Source: Octopus vulgaris
Taxonomy: Eukaryota
NCBI GenBank assembly: GCA_951406725.2
Contig: OX597824.1
Location: forward strand, 74,896,001-74,960,000
Reading direction: 5' to 3'
Length of the DNA: 64,000 nt
Under the pieces are notes generated by a model. It had not been told where the DNA came from. It made no database searches and saw only the letters and a program-made list of their open reading frames with translations. Shown in pieces: positions 41,079 through 52,528 of the stretch. Numbering within the stretch: position 1 is the stretch's first letter; each line of letters opens with the position of its first letter. The translations under genes were made by a program, and so were the position numbers.

Positions 41079-41400
41079 TTGCGCGCGCGCGTGTGTGTAT
41101 GTAAATATATAAATCTAAGAATGTTTCATTAGGAAAAGGCAAAGCGAAAACTCAAGGGATAACAATATAAACGTTAAAACAACATGAGCAGATATAATTT
41201 ATTTATAACATAGACTCAAATAGAAAGGAGACAGTTAATGAACAATAAGGCTTTGCAAAGAAAATAATGCAAGGGAAGAAGGTTACACGTTACATTGAAG
41301 GTGTTAAATAATGATATGAGAAAATGTTATTATTTAAGATCAAATTAGTAGAAAGGGGATTTGTTGTATCGTCCGTCTCCAATGTCGTAGTACCACCACG

Positions 41401-41787
41401 GTGGAGGCGCAATGGCCCAGTGGTTAGGGCAGCGGACTCGCGGTCATAGGATCGCGGTTTCGATTCCCAGACCGGGCGTTGTGAGTGTTTATTGAGCGAA
41501 AACACCTAAAGCTCCACGCGGCTCCGGCAGGGGATGGTGGTGATCCCTGCAGTACTCTTTCACCACAACTTTCTCTCACTCTTACTTCCTGTTTCTGTTG
41601 TACCTGTATTTCAAAGGGCCGGCCTTGTCACTCTCTGTGTCACGCTGAATATCCCCGAGAACTACGTTAAGGGTACACGTGTCTGTGGAGTGCTCAGCCA
41701 CTTACACGTTAATTTCAAAGCAGGCTGTTCCGTTGATTCGGATCAACCAGAACCCTCGTCGTCGTAACCGACGGAGTGCTTCCACAC
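41401..41787 (+). mobile_element. SINE family C, tail type 1
   Basis: TSD agtaccaccac; ends gtcgtaaccgacggagtgcttcc. Confidence 0.93.
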
Positions 41788-42514
41788 AGTACCACCACGA
41801 TATTGTAGTGGATGGTTTAGATACACCGTACCAGTGTAGTAACAGCAAATAAGATGGCGATGCAGCCGTGATAACAACCTAACGATCCAACAATCTCTTC
41901 ACGAACCAACAATCAATATTGCAAAAGAACTAACCAACCGACACCTTCCGATTTCGCTGCGAACTCAGCTCGAACTAACACGATTTCTTTTTTATTGGTC
42001 ACAGAGGGTCCAACACAGAGGGGACATTACAGGGACAGACAAGCAAATGTACACAATGTAAATGACAAATATAATGAAATCGGATGGAAATTTTAAAATT
42101 TTACAGAAATCGATTAAAATAAAAATTTCTATTTTGTATATACATCACCGGATTAATTAACCCCCCGCCATTATCCGACGTATCCTCTTTTGTCGCTGGA
42201 TGGCTACACTTAGCCATTTCCATTCACTCGTGACTTTCTTACGACTGTCGTCCATCTTTTATCAAACGTACTATGCGACAGGTATCTCTTCTCCAGGCGA
42301 ATTTTACTTTGGAAGTGTTAGTTAAAATAACCACACACACACACGCACACACAAACCCTGTTTCATCATATATGATATAAACATACATACATGTATACAT
42401 CTATACATATGTGTGTGTATGTCTGATTTAAATGAAAATATTTTAAGTTGAACTAGGAAGAGAATATTGCTATTTGAATCCTTATGTGTGTAATGTGTGT
42501 ATATATGTGTATAT

Positions 42515-42990
42515 ACTCTTCACTCTTTTACTTGTTTCAGTCATTTGACTGTGGTCATGCTGGAGCACCGCCTTTAGTCTGGCAAATCGACCCCAGGACT
42601 TATTCTTTGTAAGCCTAGTACTTATTCTATCGGTCTCTTTTGCCGAACCGCTAAGCGACGGGGACGTAAACACACCGAATAGTGTAACATTCTACAGCTT
42701 CCTCGGAGCCGTTAAACCCCTGTTCTTTTGTACTTTATGAATTGATATTACGTGTGAGTGTCTCTTTGTGTCAATAATTGTCCCCCACCACTGCTTGACA
42801 AGCGGTGTTAGTGTGTTTACGTCCCCGTAACTTAGCGGTTCAGTAAAGAGACCGATAAAATAACTACCATGCTTAAAGGAAATGAAGAAAATAATGAGCA
42901 CTGGGGTCGATTCATTCGACTAAAAATTCTTCAAGATGCTGCCCCAGCATGGCCGTAGTCTAATGACGGAAACAAATAAAAGAAAAGTAA
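42515..42990. mobile_element. Two SINE A 3' fragments in opposite orientation
   Basis: 42515-42676 on minus; an older copy at about 42760-42990 on plus. Confidence 0.8.
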
Positions 42991-43071
42991 ATAATACATA
43001 CAGATCTGGGCCGACCAAAGCCTTGTGAGTGGATTTGGTAGACGGAAACTGAAAGAAGCCTGCCGTATATA

Positions 43072-43731
43072 CCGTAAATCTTCGAGTATAATTCGCCCTT
43101 GAATATAATACGCAGGGGATTTTTGGGGGGCTGTACTTCTGAAAAACCTAGACCTTGTGTATAATACGCACCCCTTCTCTAATTTGAGTCGTGCGTAATT
43201 AAGCAAGCAGCACCTAGTCGAACAAACACTTCCGTGCATGCGTAATACAATAATGGTGGTGTTCTTAACTGTTATATGGGAATGTAAATGTTTGCAAATT
43301 GTGTTTGTTACATGTTATTCAGTATTCTGAATACTTTTATTTTAATAAATGTTGCTTACTGCAAGTTATGGCTGATTCCTTTGTGACTTCATTGCTTTCA
43401 GGTTTAGCTTAAAGCATTTTCGTGTCCGGCGTCACAAAATGCGTCTGAATAAACATTGCCGGACAGCAAATAGACTTGGACATTGCTTAGAAAATATTTT
43501 TCATTTTTAACCTCGTATATATTAGGTTGTCCCAAAAGTTCGCAAACACTTGCGAAAATTGAATTTTTACTCGCCAAGTACTAACAAAAACAACAAAAAT
43601 TATTCCTCAAAATAAAGACCATTATTTTCCAAGACTTTCTACGAACTTTTGGGACAACCTTATAGTATGCACTAGGGATTTTGACCTTTAAATTTTTGGG
43701 GAAAATGCGGATTATACTCGAGGATTTACGG
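43072..43731. mobile_element. Non-autonomous Tc2/pogo-like element inside SINE A (43008-43865)
   Basis: TIRs ccgtaaatcttcgagtataat / attatactcgaggatttacgg; TA TSD. Confidence 0.85.
43522..43662. mobile_element. Mariner-type MITE nested in the Tc2-like element
   Basis: aggttgtcccaaaagttcg / cgaacttttgggacaacct; TA flanks. Confidence 0.85.
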
Positions 43732-43883
43732 TATGTGTGTGTGTGTGTGTGTGTATTTGTTACCCACCAGTGCATGACAGCCGGTGTTGGTGTGTTTGTG
43801 TCCCCGTAACTTAGTGGTTCGGCAAAAGCGACCAATAAAATGACTGAAACTAGTAAAAGAGTAAAGAATAAACTGTAAACTAT

Positions 43884-44286
43884 AGGCGCAGGAGTGGCTG
43901 TGTGGTAAGTAGCTTGCTAACCAACCACATGGTTCCGGGTTCAGTCCCACTGCGTGGCATCTTGGGCAAGTGTCTTCTGCTATAGCCCCGGGCCGACCAA
44001 TGCCTTGTGAGTGGATTTGGTAGACGGAAACTGAAAGAAGACTGTCGTATATATGTATATATATATAAGTGTGTGTGTATATGTTTGTGTGTCTGTGTTT
44101 GTCCCCCTAGCATTGCTTCACAACTGGTGTGTTTACGTCCCCGTCACTTAGCGGTTCTGCAAAAGAGACCGATTGAATAAGTACTGGGCTTACAAAGAAT
44201 AAGTGCCGGGGTCGATTTGCTCGACTAAAAAAAAGATGGTGCTCCAGCATGGCCGCAGTCAAATGTCTGAAACAAGTAAAAGAGTA
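43884..44286 (+). mobile_element. SINE family A
   Basis: Full-length copy. Confidence 0.95.
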
Positions 44287-44644
44287 ATCATTGAGCATAA
44301 AAGCAAACAAAGGAATGAAAACGAAAGTGTTACATTCTTTTAATCAGTTACGAACGTTACAGCAATGTGTATTATTTTCCTACATCAATGAACGTGATGG
44401 ATTAGGCGTACGAATTGTGGAATTCCCTAATTGAATCAGAAACTAATTAGAAAATATAATACCGTCATTCTCATTCTTTTGTTTTACTTCGTTCAGTATG
44501 TATAAGTGTGTACGCCCGCGCGCGTGTATGCGATGGGGGGAGATTACGTAGAATGGATAAGGACTTGATTGATTATTGGATCGAACTGTCACTGAATTTT
44601 TGAAACACTTGTAAAGATTTACTTTATGTGTCGATGTTGTATGT

Positions 44645-45065
44645 AGGAGCGGCTGTGTGGTAAGTAGCTTGCTTACCAACCACGTGGTTCAGGGTTTAGT
44701 CCCACTGTGTGGCACCTTGGGCAAGTGTCTTCTACTATAGCCTTGGGCCGACCAAAGCCTTCTGAGTGGATTTGGTAGACGGAAACTGAAAGAAGCCCGT
44801 CGTATATATGTATATATAAATGTGTGTGTGTGTTTGTGTGTGTGTGTATACGTTTGTGTGGCTGTGTTTGTCCCCCCAGCATCGCTTGAGAACCGATGCT
44901 GGTGTGTTTACTTCCCCGTAACCTAGCGGTTCGGCAAAAGAGACCGATAAAATAAGTACTAGGCTTACAAAGAATAAGTCCTGGGCTCGATTTGCTCGGC
45001 TAAAGGCGGTGCTCCAGCATGACCACAGTCAAATGACTGAAACAAATAAAAGAGTAAAAGAGTAA
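44645..45065 (+). mobile_element. SINE family A
   Basis: Near full-length copy. Confidence 0.95.
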
Positions 45066-45336
45066 ACTGTTTGTCCATCTTTTCATTTTTACTCGGCAGT
45101 AGTTGAGCCCGCGTTTGGACCTGAAAGACAGCAATTCTGCTGTGAAGTTATTAAAGCTGTAAAAATATAAGCATTTTCTGTTGGACTCTTGGCTAAGTGA
45201 ATATTCATGGCTGACAGCTTTTGAAAGAATAATGCGATCACAGGCTGTGCATATGAAATTACCTCTGGACCGCCTACCACACAGAACCTCAACATGTAGT
45301 TTCTTCTCAGGTAATACGTCTCAGTAATTCATGATT

Positions 45337-45907
45337 TTAGTGTTTTCAGGCGGCACCGACGAAGATATTAAGACGAGAATAATTAAGGCAAGGACCGCTT
45401 TTCACCTGTTAAAAAAAGTATGGAGCGCAAGTGTAATTTCAATAAAGAACAAAATAAGAATTTTTAACACTGACGTAAAAGCGGTGTTATTGTATGGGAC
45501 TGAGACATGGCGAACAACAGTTAAGTCAAATAAGCAAATACAATCATTCATCAACAGATGCTTGCGTAGTATATTTAAAATTAGATGGCCCGAACACATA
45601 AGCAGTATGGAGCTATGGCAAAGAACAAATGAAATTTTGATTAGGGAGCAAATATTTAAGAAAAAGTGGAAGTGGATTGGTAGCACAATTAGGAAAGACA
45701 CACCAAATGTAGCGACAAGTGCTTTACAGTAGAAACCGGATGGATATAGAAAGAAAGGTAGGCCTAAGAACTCGTGGCGTAGATTAAGACAAAAGGAACT
45801 AGAGAAAGGGGGACATTCATGGCAGAGGATAAGTACAGAAGCGAAAAATTATGCGTCATGGAATAAGTGGCCTATACTCCGCGTTGGAGGGTTAAAGGGA
45901 GAAAAGA
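45337..45907 (+). mobile_element. RTE-clade LINE 3' fragment
   Basis: GGTDEDIKTRIIKARTAF...VLLYGTETW...KWKWIG; in-frame stop at 45730; TSD aattcatgatt. Confidence 0.92.
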
Positions 45908-46031
45908 ATTCATGATTGACTCAACTTATCTACAAACTGCAGAATGCTCTTCCTAGTTACAACCCGCCGTTCACTTCTGTTCAGTACGAGATTTTGAGAA
46001 GTTCCGAATTAACAATGCCGTAGTCATAATT

Positions 46032-46756
46032 GTGGAGGCGCAATGGGTCAGTGGTTAGGGCAGCGGACTCGCGGTCATAGGATCGCGGTTTCGATTCCCA
46101 GACCGGACGTTGTGAGTGTTTATTGAGCGAAAACACCTAAAAGCTCCACGAGGCTCCGGCATGGGGTGGTGGTGATCCCTGCTGTACTCTTTCACCACAA
46201 CTTTCTCTCACTCTTACTTCCTGTTTCTGTTGTACCTGTATTTCAAGGGGTCGGCCTTGTCACTCTCTGTGTCACGCTGAATATCCCCGAGAACTATGTT
46301 AAGGGTGCACGTGTCTGTGGAGTGCTCAGCCACTTACACGTTAATTTCACGAGCAGGCTGTTCCGTTGATTCGAATCAACCGGAACCCTCATCGTCGTAA
46401 CCGACGGAGTGCTAAAAGAAAAGTGCTTCCACAGTCATAATTGTGGAGGCGCAATGGGTCAGTGGTTAGGGCAGCGGACTCGCGGTCGGAGGATCGCGGT
46501 TTCGTTTCCCAGACCGGACGTTGTGTGTGTTTATTGAGCGAAAACACCTAAAAGCTCCACGAGGCTCCGACTGGGGGTGGTGGCGACCTCTGTTGTACTT
46601 TTTCGCCACAACTTTCTCTCACTCTCTCTTCATGTTTCTTGAGTAACGCTGCGATGGACTGGCGTCCCGTCCAGCTGGGGGGAACACATACGCCACAGAA
46701 GCCGGGAAACCGGGCCCATGAGCCTGGCTAGGCTTGAAAAGGGCGACGAAGAGGGT
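46032..46756 (+). mobile_element. Two tandem SINE C copies with different tails
   Basis: 46032-46432 (tail 1) and 46443-46756 (family D-like tail); agtcataatt occurs at 46022, 46433 and 46757. Confidence 0.92.
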
Positions 46757-46769
46757 AGTCATAATTGCC

Positions 46770-47260
46770 TTTGTGATATTATGAAATCACTTTGTTTTGT
46801 CGTGTGTTGGGGAATATTCACCAAGAACTTACTCACTATAAAGCAATTTATTTCAGAAGTCTGAAATCCTTTATGACGGTTGACATGATCAAGCCATCGC
46901 ATATGATTCTTGAGAAGGTGAGTTTCCATTCTTTCCAACAGCTTTGTATAAAAGCATAAAAGATTTCCAACCGATGCTTAATATACACCTTAAATATTTC
47001 TCCTGGAATCATCTAATATTTTGATGTCCCCGTGTCTCAGAGGAGTACGACAGAGATGTGGTGACCCAAGCCTTATAGATGCAAAGCTTGGTGGAAAGTT
47101 TCTTTTCTTCAAGCTTATTTTATGTCCCCAAACTGTACAGGTACTGAAGAAGAGCTTCATTAGTTTCTGAATATTTTGTTCCGATAGAATCATTAGCAAG
47201 ATTTCAATCATCGGTATACAACAGAGAACACAATTGAGTTCTGAAGCGCTTCCATTGAGC
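46770..47260 (-). mobile_element. Old RTE LINE reverse transcriptase remnant
   Basis: SEQNIQKLMKLFFSTCTVWGHKISLKK, HMRWLDHVNR and KLLYSE are decayed RTE motifs. Confidence 0.65.
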
Positions 47261-47383
47261 TTTCAATGATTATGATCTAAAAATTTATTTGTTGATGCAA
47301 TAACGGTTACTGATCAAAAAAAAAAAAAAAGAAGGGAGAAAAGGAAGCTGCACGTATAACATATAACGTATAACATATAACTT

Positions 47384-47615
47384 AAGGCGGCGAGCTGGCA
47401 GAACCGTTAGCACGCCGGGTGAAATGCGTAGCCGTATTTCGTCTGCCGTTACGTTCTGAGTTCAAATTCCGCCGAGGTCGACTTTGCCTCTCATCCTTTC
47501 GGGGTCGATAAAATTAAGTACCAGTTACGCAGTGGGGTCGATGTAATCGACTTAATCCGTTTGTCTGTCCTTGTTTGTCCCCTCTATGTTTAGCCCCTTG
47601 TGGGTAATAAAGAAA
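47384..47615 (+). mobile_element. SINE family B monomer
   Basis: TSD tataacatataactta. Confidence 0.93.
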
Positions 47616-47816
47616 CATATAACATATAACTTAGAAGCAGCGCTATGGATGTGCTTGCACACACGAGACTGAGACATGGCCGACCTCACGCACTTCTCAT
47701 GAGGAATTCCAGAAGGAGCATCGTGAGACTACTGCTGAGACGCTCCCGAAGAAAAAAAAAAAGAAAGAAAAGCCGTTGGAAAAGCGATTATAGAAGCGAC
47801 TCCATCAATTCCTAGG

Positions 47817-47860
47817 GATATCTGAAGAAGGAAATTTTATATTCCGAAATATATCAGATT
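47817..47860 (+). ncRNA. Hammerhead ribozyme motif, canonical core, weak stem I
   Basis: gatat CTGAAGA a ggaa attttata ttcc GAAAT at ATC agatt. Confidence 0.55.
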
Positions 47861-48190
47861 ATGGATGATTAATTTACAACAGGTATATAGCCCATTGTTT
47901 GTATTATAGTGCATTGTTGTATCATTAAAAGCATTTTATTCTTTACAAACAGTACACAATGCTTCAAGCGAACTACAACACTCTCCTAAGAATATATGTA
48001 TATACACACTTATACACATACATACATACACACACGCATATATATATATAATTAAAAATGAGGGTGTCTAAAAGACACCAACATGCCGAAATAGCAGTCG
48101 AAACTCTGACTATAAAACCACGTTAAATGTTCATATCGCACCATGAGGTAAAGCGGAGGGACAAAACATACAAGCAAAAATTATTGAATA

Positions 48191-48250
48191 ATTCAAGATC
48201 CAAGGATTTCTGGTTCTGCTTTAAATAAGCTTTACCGTCATCAATTGAAT
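48191..48250 (-). ncRNA. Hammerhead ribozyme (mirror copy)
   Basis: Reverse complement of 48710-48769. Confidence 0.72.
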
Positions 48251-48709
48251 ATATCAAGGGTACATAAATACAGATATATATATGCAGAGCAAACGATATA
48301 CTTACATATACGAGCGTCGTACATACATACATATGCACGTATGGACACAGCCAGTTTGAATTGCCCGCCAAATCACCGCATAATTACGATATGGTTAAAA
48401 TAAGCACCGCAGTGAATATAATAACGAATTATATAAATTTATATATGAGGATAATATCGATATTTAAGTGTCGAAATTATCAAGTGGCCAGCATGAAAGA
48501 AATACCTTACAAAGGTAAAAAAAAATTTTTAACAATTAAAAATGAGGGTGTCTAAAAGACACCAACATGCCGATAATTATGCGGTGATTTGGCGGGCAAT
48601 TCAAACTGGCTGTGTCCATACATGCATATGTATGTATGTACGACGCTCGTATATGTAAGTATATCGTTTGCTCTGCATATATATATCTGTATTTATGTAC
48701 CCTTGATAT

Positions 48710-48769
48710 ATTCAATTGATGACGGTAAAGCTTATTTAAAGCAGAACCAGAAATCCTTGGATCTTGAAT
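48710..48769 (+). ncRNA. Hammerhead ribozyme, core UUGAUGA
   Basis: attcaa TTGATGA c ggt aaa gctt attta aagc aga acc a GAAAT ccttgg ATC ttgaat; 6 bp stem I, atcc/ggat stem III. Confidence 0.72.
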
Positions 48770-49004
48770 TATTCAATAATTTTTGCTTGTATGTTTTGTC
48801 CCTCCGCTTTACCTCATGGTGCGATATGAACATTTAACGTGGTTTTATAGTCAGAGTTTCGACTGCTATTTCGGCATGTTGGTGTCTTTTAGACACCCTC
48901 ATTTTTAATTGTTAAAAATTTTTTTTACCTTTGTAAGGTATTTCTTTCATGCTGGCCACTTGATAATTTCGACACTTAAATATCGATATTATCCTCATAT
49001 ATAA

Positions 49005-49063
<59 letters not shown>

Positions 49064-49066
<3 letters not shown>

Positions 49067-50335
49067 GGGATGGACAAAATAATGGAAACACCTGGCATCA
49101 TAGCATCGTAATCTTAAGATATCTTATAAAACCGCCATAAGCTTGTTTATTTTTATGCTCTTTGATTTATTAGTAGTGTTGCTTAATATGTTTTGCTAAA
49201 ATTGTTGTTTCTTTTCAGATATCATCAGAAAAAAGGTAATTAAAATTCATTAAAATGACAGATCTATCGGACTTTCGAAGCGGTCAAATCGTTGTTGCTC
49301 GTATGGCAGGCGCTGGCGTAACGAAAGCAGTCGAAATGTTTGGTGTATCAAGAAGTATTGTCTTGAAAGTAATGACAGCCTTTGAGAAAGCGGGAAAAAC
49401 CTCATTGTCGAAACAAAACTATGGAAGAAAACCAAAACTTTCGGATAGAGACCGTCAGACTCTTCCGCGCATTGTTAGAAAGGACCACAAAAATACAGCT
49501 CCCAAAATTACTACAGAGCCTAATGACCACCTCGGGAACCCAGTTTCCACAAAAACTGTTCGCTGGGAGCTGCACGAAGCCGACAGGGCTGCAATCAGAA
49601 AATCACTACTTTCAAAAACAAACGTTGAAAAGCGTTTAGAGTAGAGTAAAACTTGGTCCCTAGAGCAGTAGAAGAATGTTATTTTCTCGGACGAGTCATC
49701 TTTTACGTTATTTCCAACCGAGTATTTGTGTGGAGTATTTGTGTGGAGACCGAGTATTTGTGTGGAGACAGCCAAAAGAAGCATTTGACCCAGACTGCCT
49801 TCTTCCAACTGTTAAACATGGAGGAGTATCTGTGATGATCTGGGGAGGGGACTATATCTGCCCAATGTTTTCCCTTCATGGCAGAATTAAGAGTCAAGAC
49901 TATTTAAAAATTTTATCTGATCAAATTCATCCTATGGTTGCGGAACTGTTTCCGGAGGGAAACGCAATCTTTCAGGAGGATAATGCACCAATTCACACAG
50001 CTAAAGTTGTTACTGAATGGCACAAAGAACATTCTAGTGAAATTGAGCATCTCATCTGGCCACCACAGTCCCCAGATCTCAATATTATTGAACTTTTATG
50101 GTGCATTTTAGGAAAACAAGTAACAGTCGATATTGTCCACCATCATCACTACAAGAACTGGAGACTGTTTTAGCTGAATAATGGACAAAATTCCTTTGGA
50201 AACAATTTAGATCTTGTACGAGTCCATACCTTGTAGAATTCAAGCTGTAATTACTGCCAAAGGCGGTCATACCCCCATATTAAGATAAATTTGTTTGAAA
50301 TTTTAAGGAGTTCTCATTATTTTGTCCAACCCTTG
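49064..50335 (+). mobile_element. Tc1-like transposon, full length, inactivated
   Basis: ITRs caggggatggacaaaataat / attattttgtccaacc; MTDLSDFRSGQIVVAR, TVKHGGVSVMIWG, FQEDNAPIH, WPPQSPDLNIIE; stops and frameshifts. Confidence 0.95.
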
Positions 50336-50353
50336 AATATATATATATATATA

Positions 50354-50505
50354 GGGAGAGTTTACGGAAAAAAAGCAAAAGACGAAGACGGGTGGTGTAC
50401 AAAACAAACAGATGTATTAGTATAACGCTCGAGAATAGAAAAAGTATTTTACGTTTCGAGCCTACGCTCTCCTACAGAAAGGGACACAGAAAACAAGGAG
50501 AGAAT
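50354..50505 (-). mobile_element. HHR mini-element, sister family, copy 1
   Basis: HHR-like 50447-50481: cttt CTGTAGG a gagc gtag gctc GAAAC GTA aaa; ends at (TA)n. Confidence 0.75.
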
Positions 50506-50522
50506 ATATGTATTATGTATAC

Positions 50523-50553
<31 letters not shown>

Positions 50554-50596
50554 TGTATGTATGTATGTATGTATGTATGTATGTATGTATGTATAC

Positions 50597-50664
<68 letters not shown>

Positions 50665-50667
<3 letters not shown>

Positions 50668-50858
50668 TCGCCATGATAGATCGTTAGCCACTACACACTT
50701 ATTTTTCTCTCCTTGTTTCTCTCCTTGTTTTTTCTGTGTCCATTTCTGTAGAAGAGCATAGGCTCGAAACCTAAAAGACTTTTCTATTCCTGAGCGTTAT
50801 ACTAATACATCTGTTTGTTTTGTACACCACCTGTCTTCGTCTTTTGTTTTTTTTTTTC
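50665..50858 (+). mobile_element. HHR mini-element, sister family, copy 2
   Basis: HHR-like 50743-50777: ttt CTGTAGA a gagc atag gctc GAAAC CTA aaag; inverse of 50354-50505. Confidence 0.75.
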
Positions 50859-52124
50859 GGGTTGGACAAAATAATTGGAACGGTAGAAATTTAACTCCAG
50901 TATTTCAATGATCCATTCTATTACGAATATCCATCCAAATTTCATTGTGAGTGTTCTTTTTTTTTGTATTGTAGATGGTTTTATTTATCTAATTCAATGA
51001 TTATTTCTTCCTCTTTTTCAGATCGTAGTATAAATTAAGCTAAGATGCGTGACCTCACTGAGTTCGAAAAAGGGAAAATCATTGGAGCGCGAATGGCGGG
51101 AGCATCCCTCACCAGAACAGCTGAACTCCTTGGTTTTTCGAGAGCTACTTTATCAAGGACCATGACTGAATTTGAGAAGCAAAGCAAAACTTCCAGCAAC
51201 AGGCGTAAGTCCAGCAGGATTTCGAAGCTCACTGAAAGAGACCAATGAGTGTTGACTCGCATTGTGATGAAAATTTTCCGGACAACTACCTATAAATTGA
51301 CTACACAGTTGGATCAACATCAGACTAGCCTACTTTCGACCAAGTCTGTTCGCCGTGAGCTCAATAAAGCCGGATACCATGGAATTGCCGCCATCAGGAA
51401 ACCTCTGCTTTCTCATCAAAGCATTCAGAAAAGGCTGAACTGGTGTAGAGATCACAACGGCTGGTCGAAAGACCAATGGAAGCAAGTAATATTCTCCGAC
51501 AAGTCCAGTTTTTCTCTTTCCCCCACTACAGGGCGAGATTTTGTGTGGAGGCAGCCCGGGGAAGCTTTCCATCCTGACTGCTTTCTTCCTACAGTGATGT
51601 ACGGAGAAGAGTCTGTGATTGTTTGGGCAGCCATTTCTTGGAATTCTCTTGCTCCAATCGTTGCACTGCATGGTAGGATCAACAGCAATGATTATCTGAA
51701 TACTTTGGGAAATCAAGTCCTTCCCATGATCCAGATATTATTCCCTGATGGTGAGTGCAGCTTCCAAGATAACAATACTCCGATACGCACCTCTCGTGTG
51801 GTTAAGAAATGATATGAAGAGCATAGTAGTGAGTTACAACATATGGAGTGGCCCCACTCAATCTCCAGATCTTAATATTATTGAGTATCTGTGGTGCATC
51901 TTGGAGCGGTAAGTTAGATGTCGTTACCATCCACCGCCGTGTCTGCAATAACTGGAGCATGTTTTGCAGGAGGAATGGCTCAAGATTCCGCTCAATGAAG
52001 TCAGGAAGCTGTATGGATTAATTCCGAGACGCATCGAAGCTATTCAGAAAGCTAAAGGAGGACCAACTCCATATGAAATAAATATTCATTGAATTTAACA
52101 CGTGTTCCAATTATTTTGTCCAAC

Positions 52125-52128
<4 letters not shown>
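50859..52128 (+). mobile_element. Second Tc1-like transposon, related subfamily, inactivated
   Basis: ITRs gggttggacaaaataattggaac / gttccaattattttgtccaacccc; MRDLTEFEKGKIIGAR, WKQVIFSDKS, FQDNNTPI; stops. Confidence 0.95.
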
Positions 52129-52191
<63 letters not shown>

Positions 52192-52206
52192 TATTATTAT
52201 TATTAT

Positions 52207-52415
52207 TCTGGTCACTGCCTGGAATCGAACATGGAATCTTGGAGTTAGTAGACCGCGCTCTTAATGACTACACCTTAGGAATGAGAACCCAGGTTCGAAA
52301 TTTCCCCAAGACACCTGATGAAGGCTGGAGGCTATATCAGCCGAAACATTGTGTTAACAACAAACAAAAAGAGGACAAATATCCGTCAAATGTAAATAAT
52401 GTACATAATTCCTCA
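52207..52415 (+). mobile_element. Composite: antisense tRNA-like segment plus sense hammerhead
   Basis: Minus 52208-52271 has B box gttcgattcc and a tRNA-like layout; plus 52311-52354: acac CTGATGA a ggctg gaggctatat cagcc GAAAC ATT gtgt. Confidence 0.7.
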
Positions 52416-52528
52416 TGTATGTATATCATATGTATACATACAATACGCGCAAAGGAAACCAAATCAGAAAGATAGCATACATACGTACACACATATGCAG
52501 ATATAGATGCATACATATGTATACATAG

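Larger units (their letters stand above)
48050..49012. mobile_element. Young tandem-plus-inverted HHR-bearing insertion between (TA)n tracts
   Basis: 48050-48386 is the reverse complement of about 48575-48910; about 48429-48572 is the reverse complement of about 48871-49012. Confidence 0.9.

Noticed and set aside
41804-42208. Possible solo LTR (tgtag...ctaca)
   Set aside because: No TSD and no second copy in the window.
46857-46923. Possible 61 nt exon (ttcag...aag|gtgagt)
   Set aside because: It lies antisense within a decayed RTE remnant and has no partner exons.
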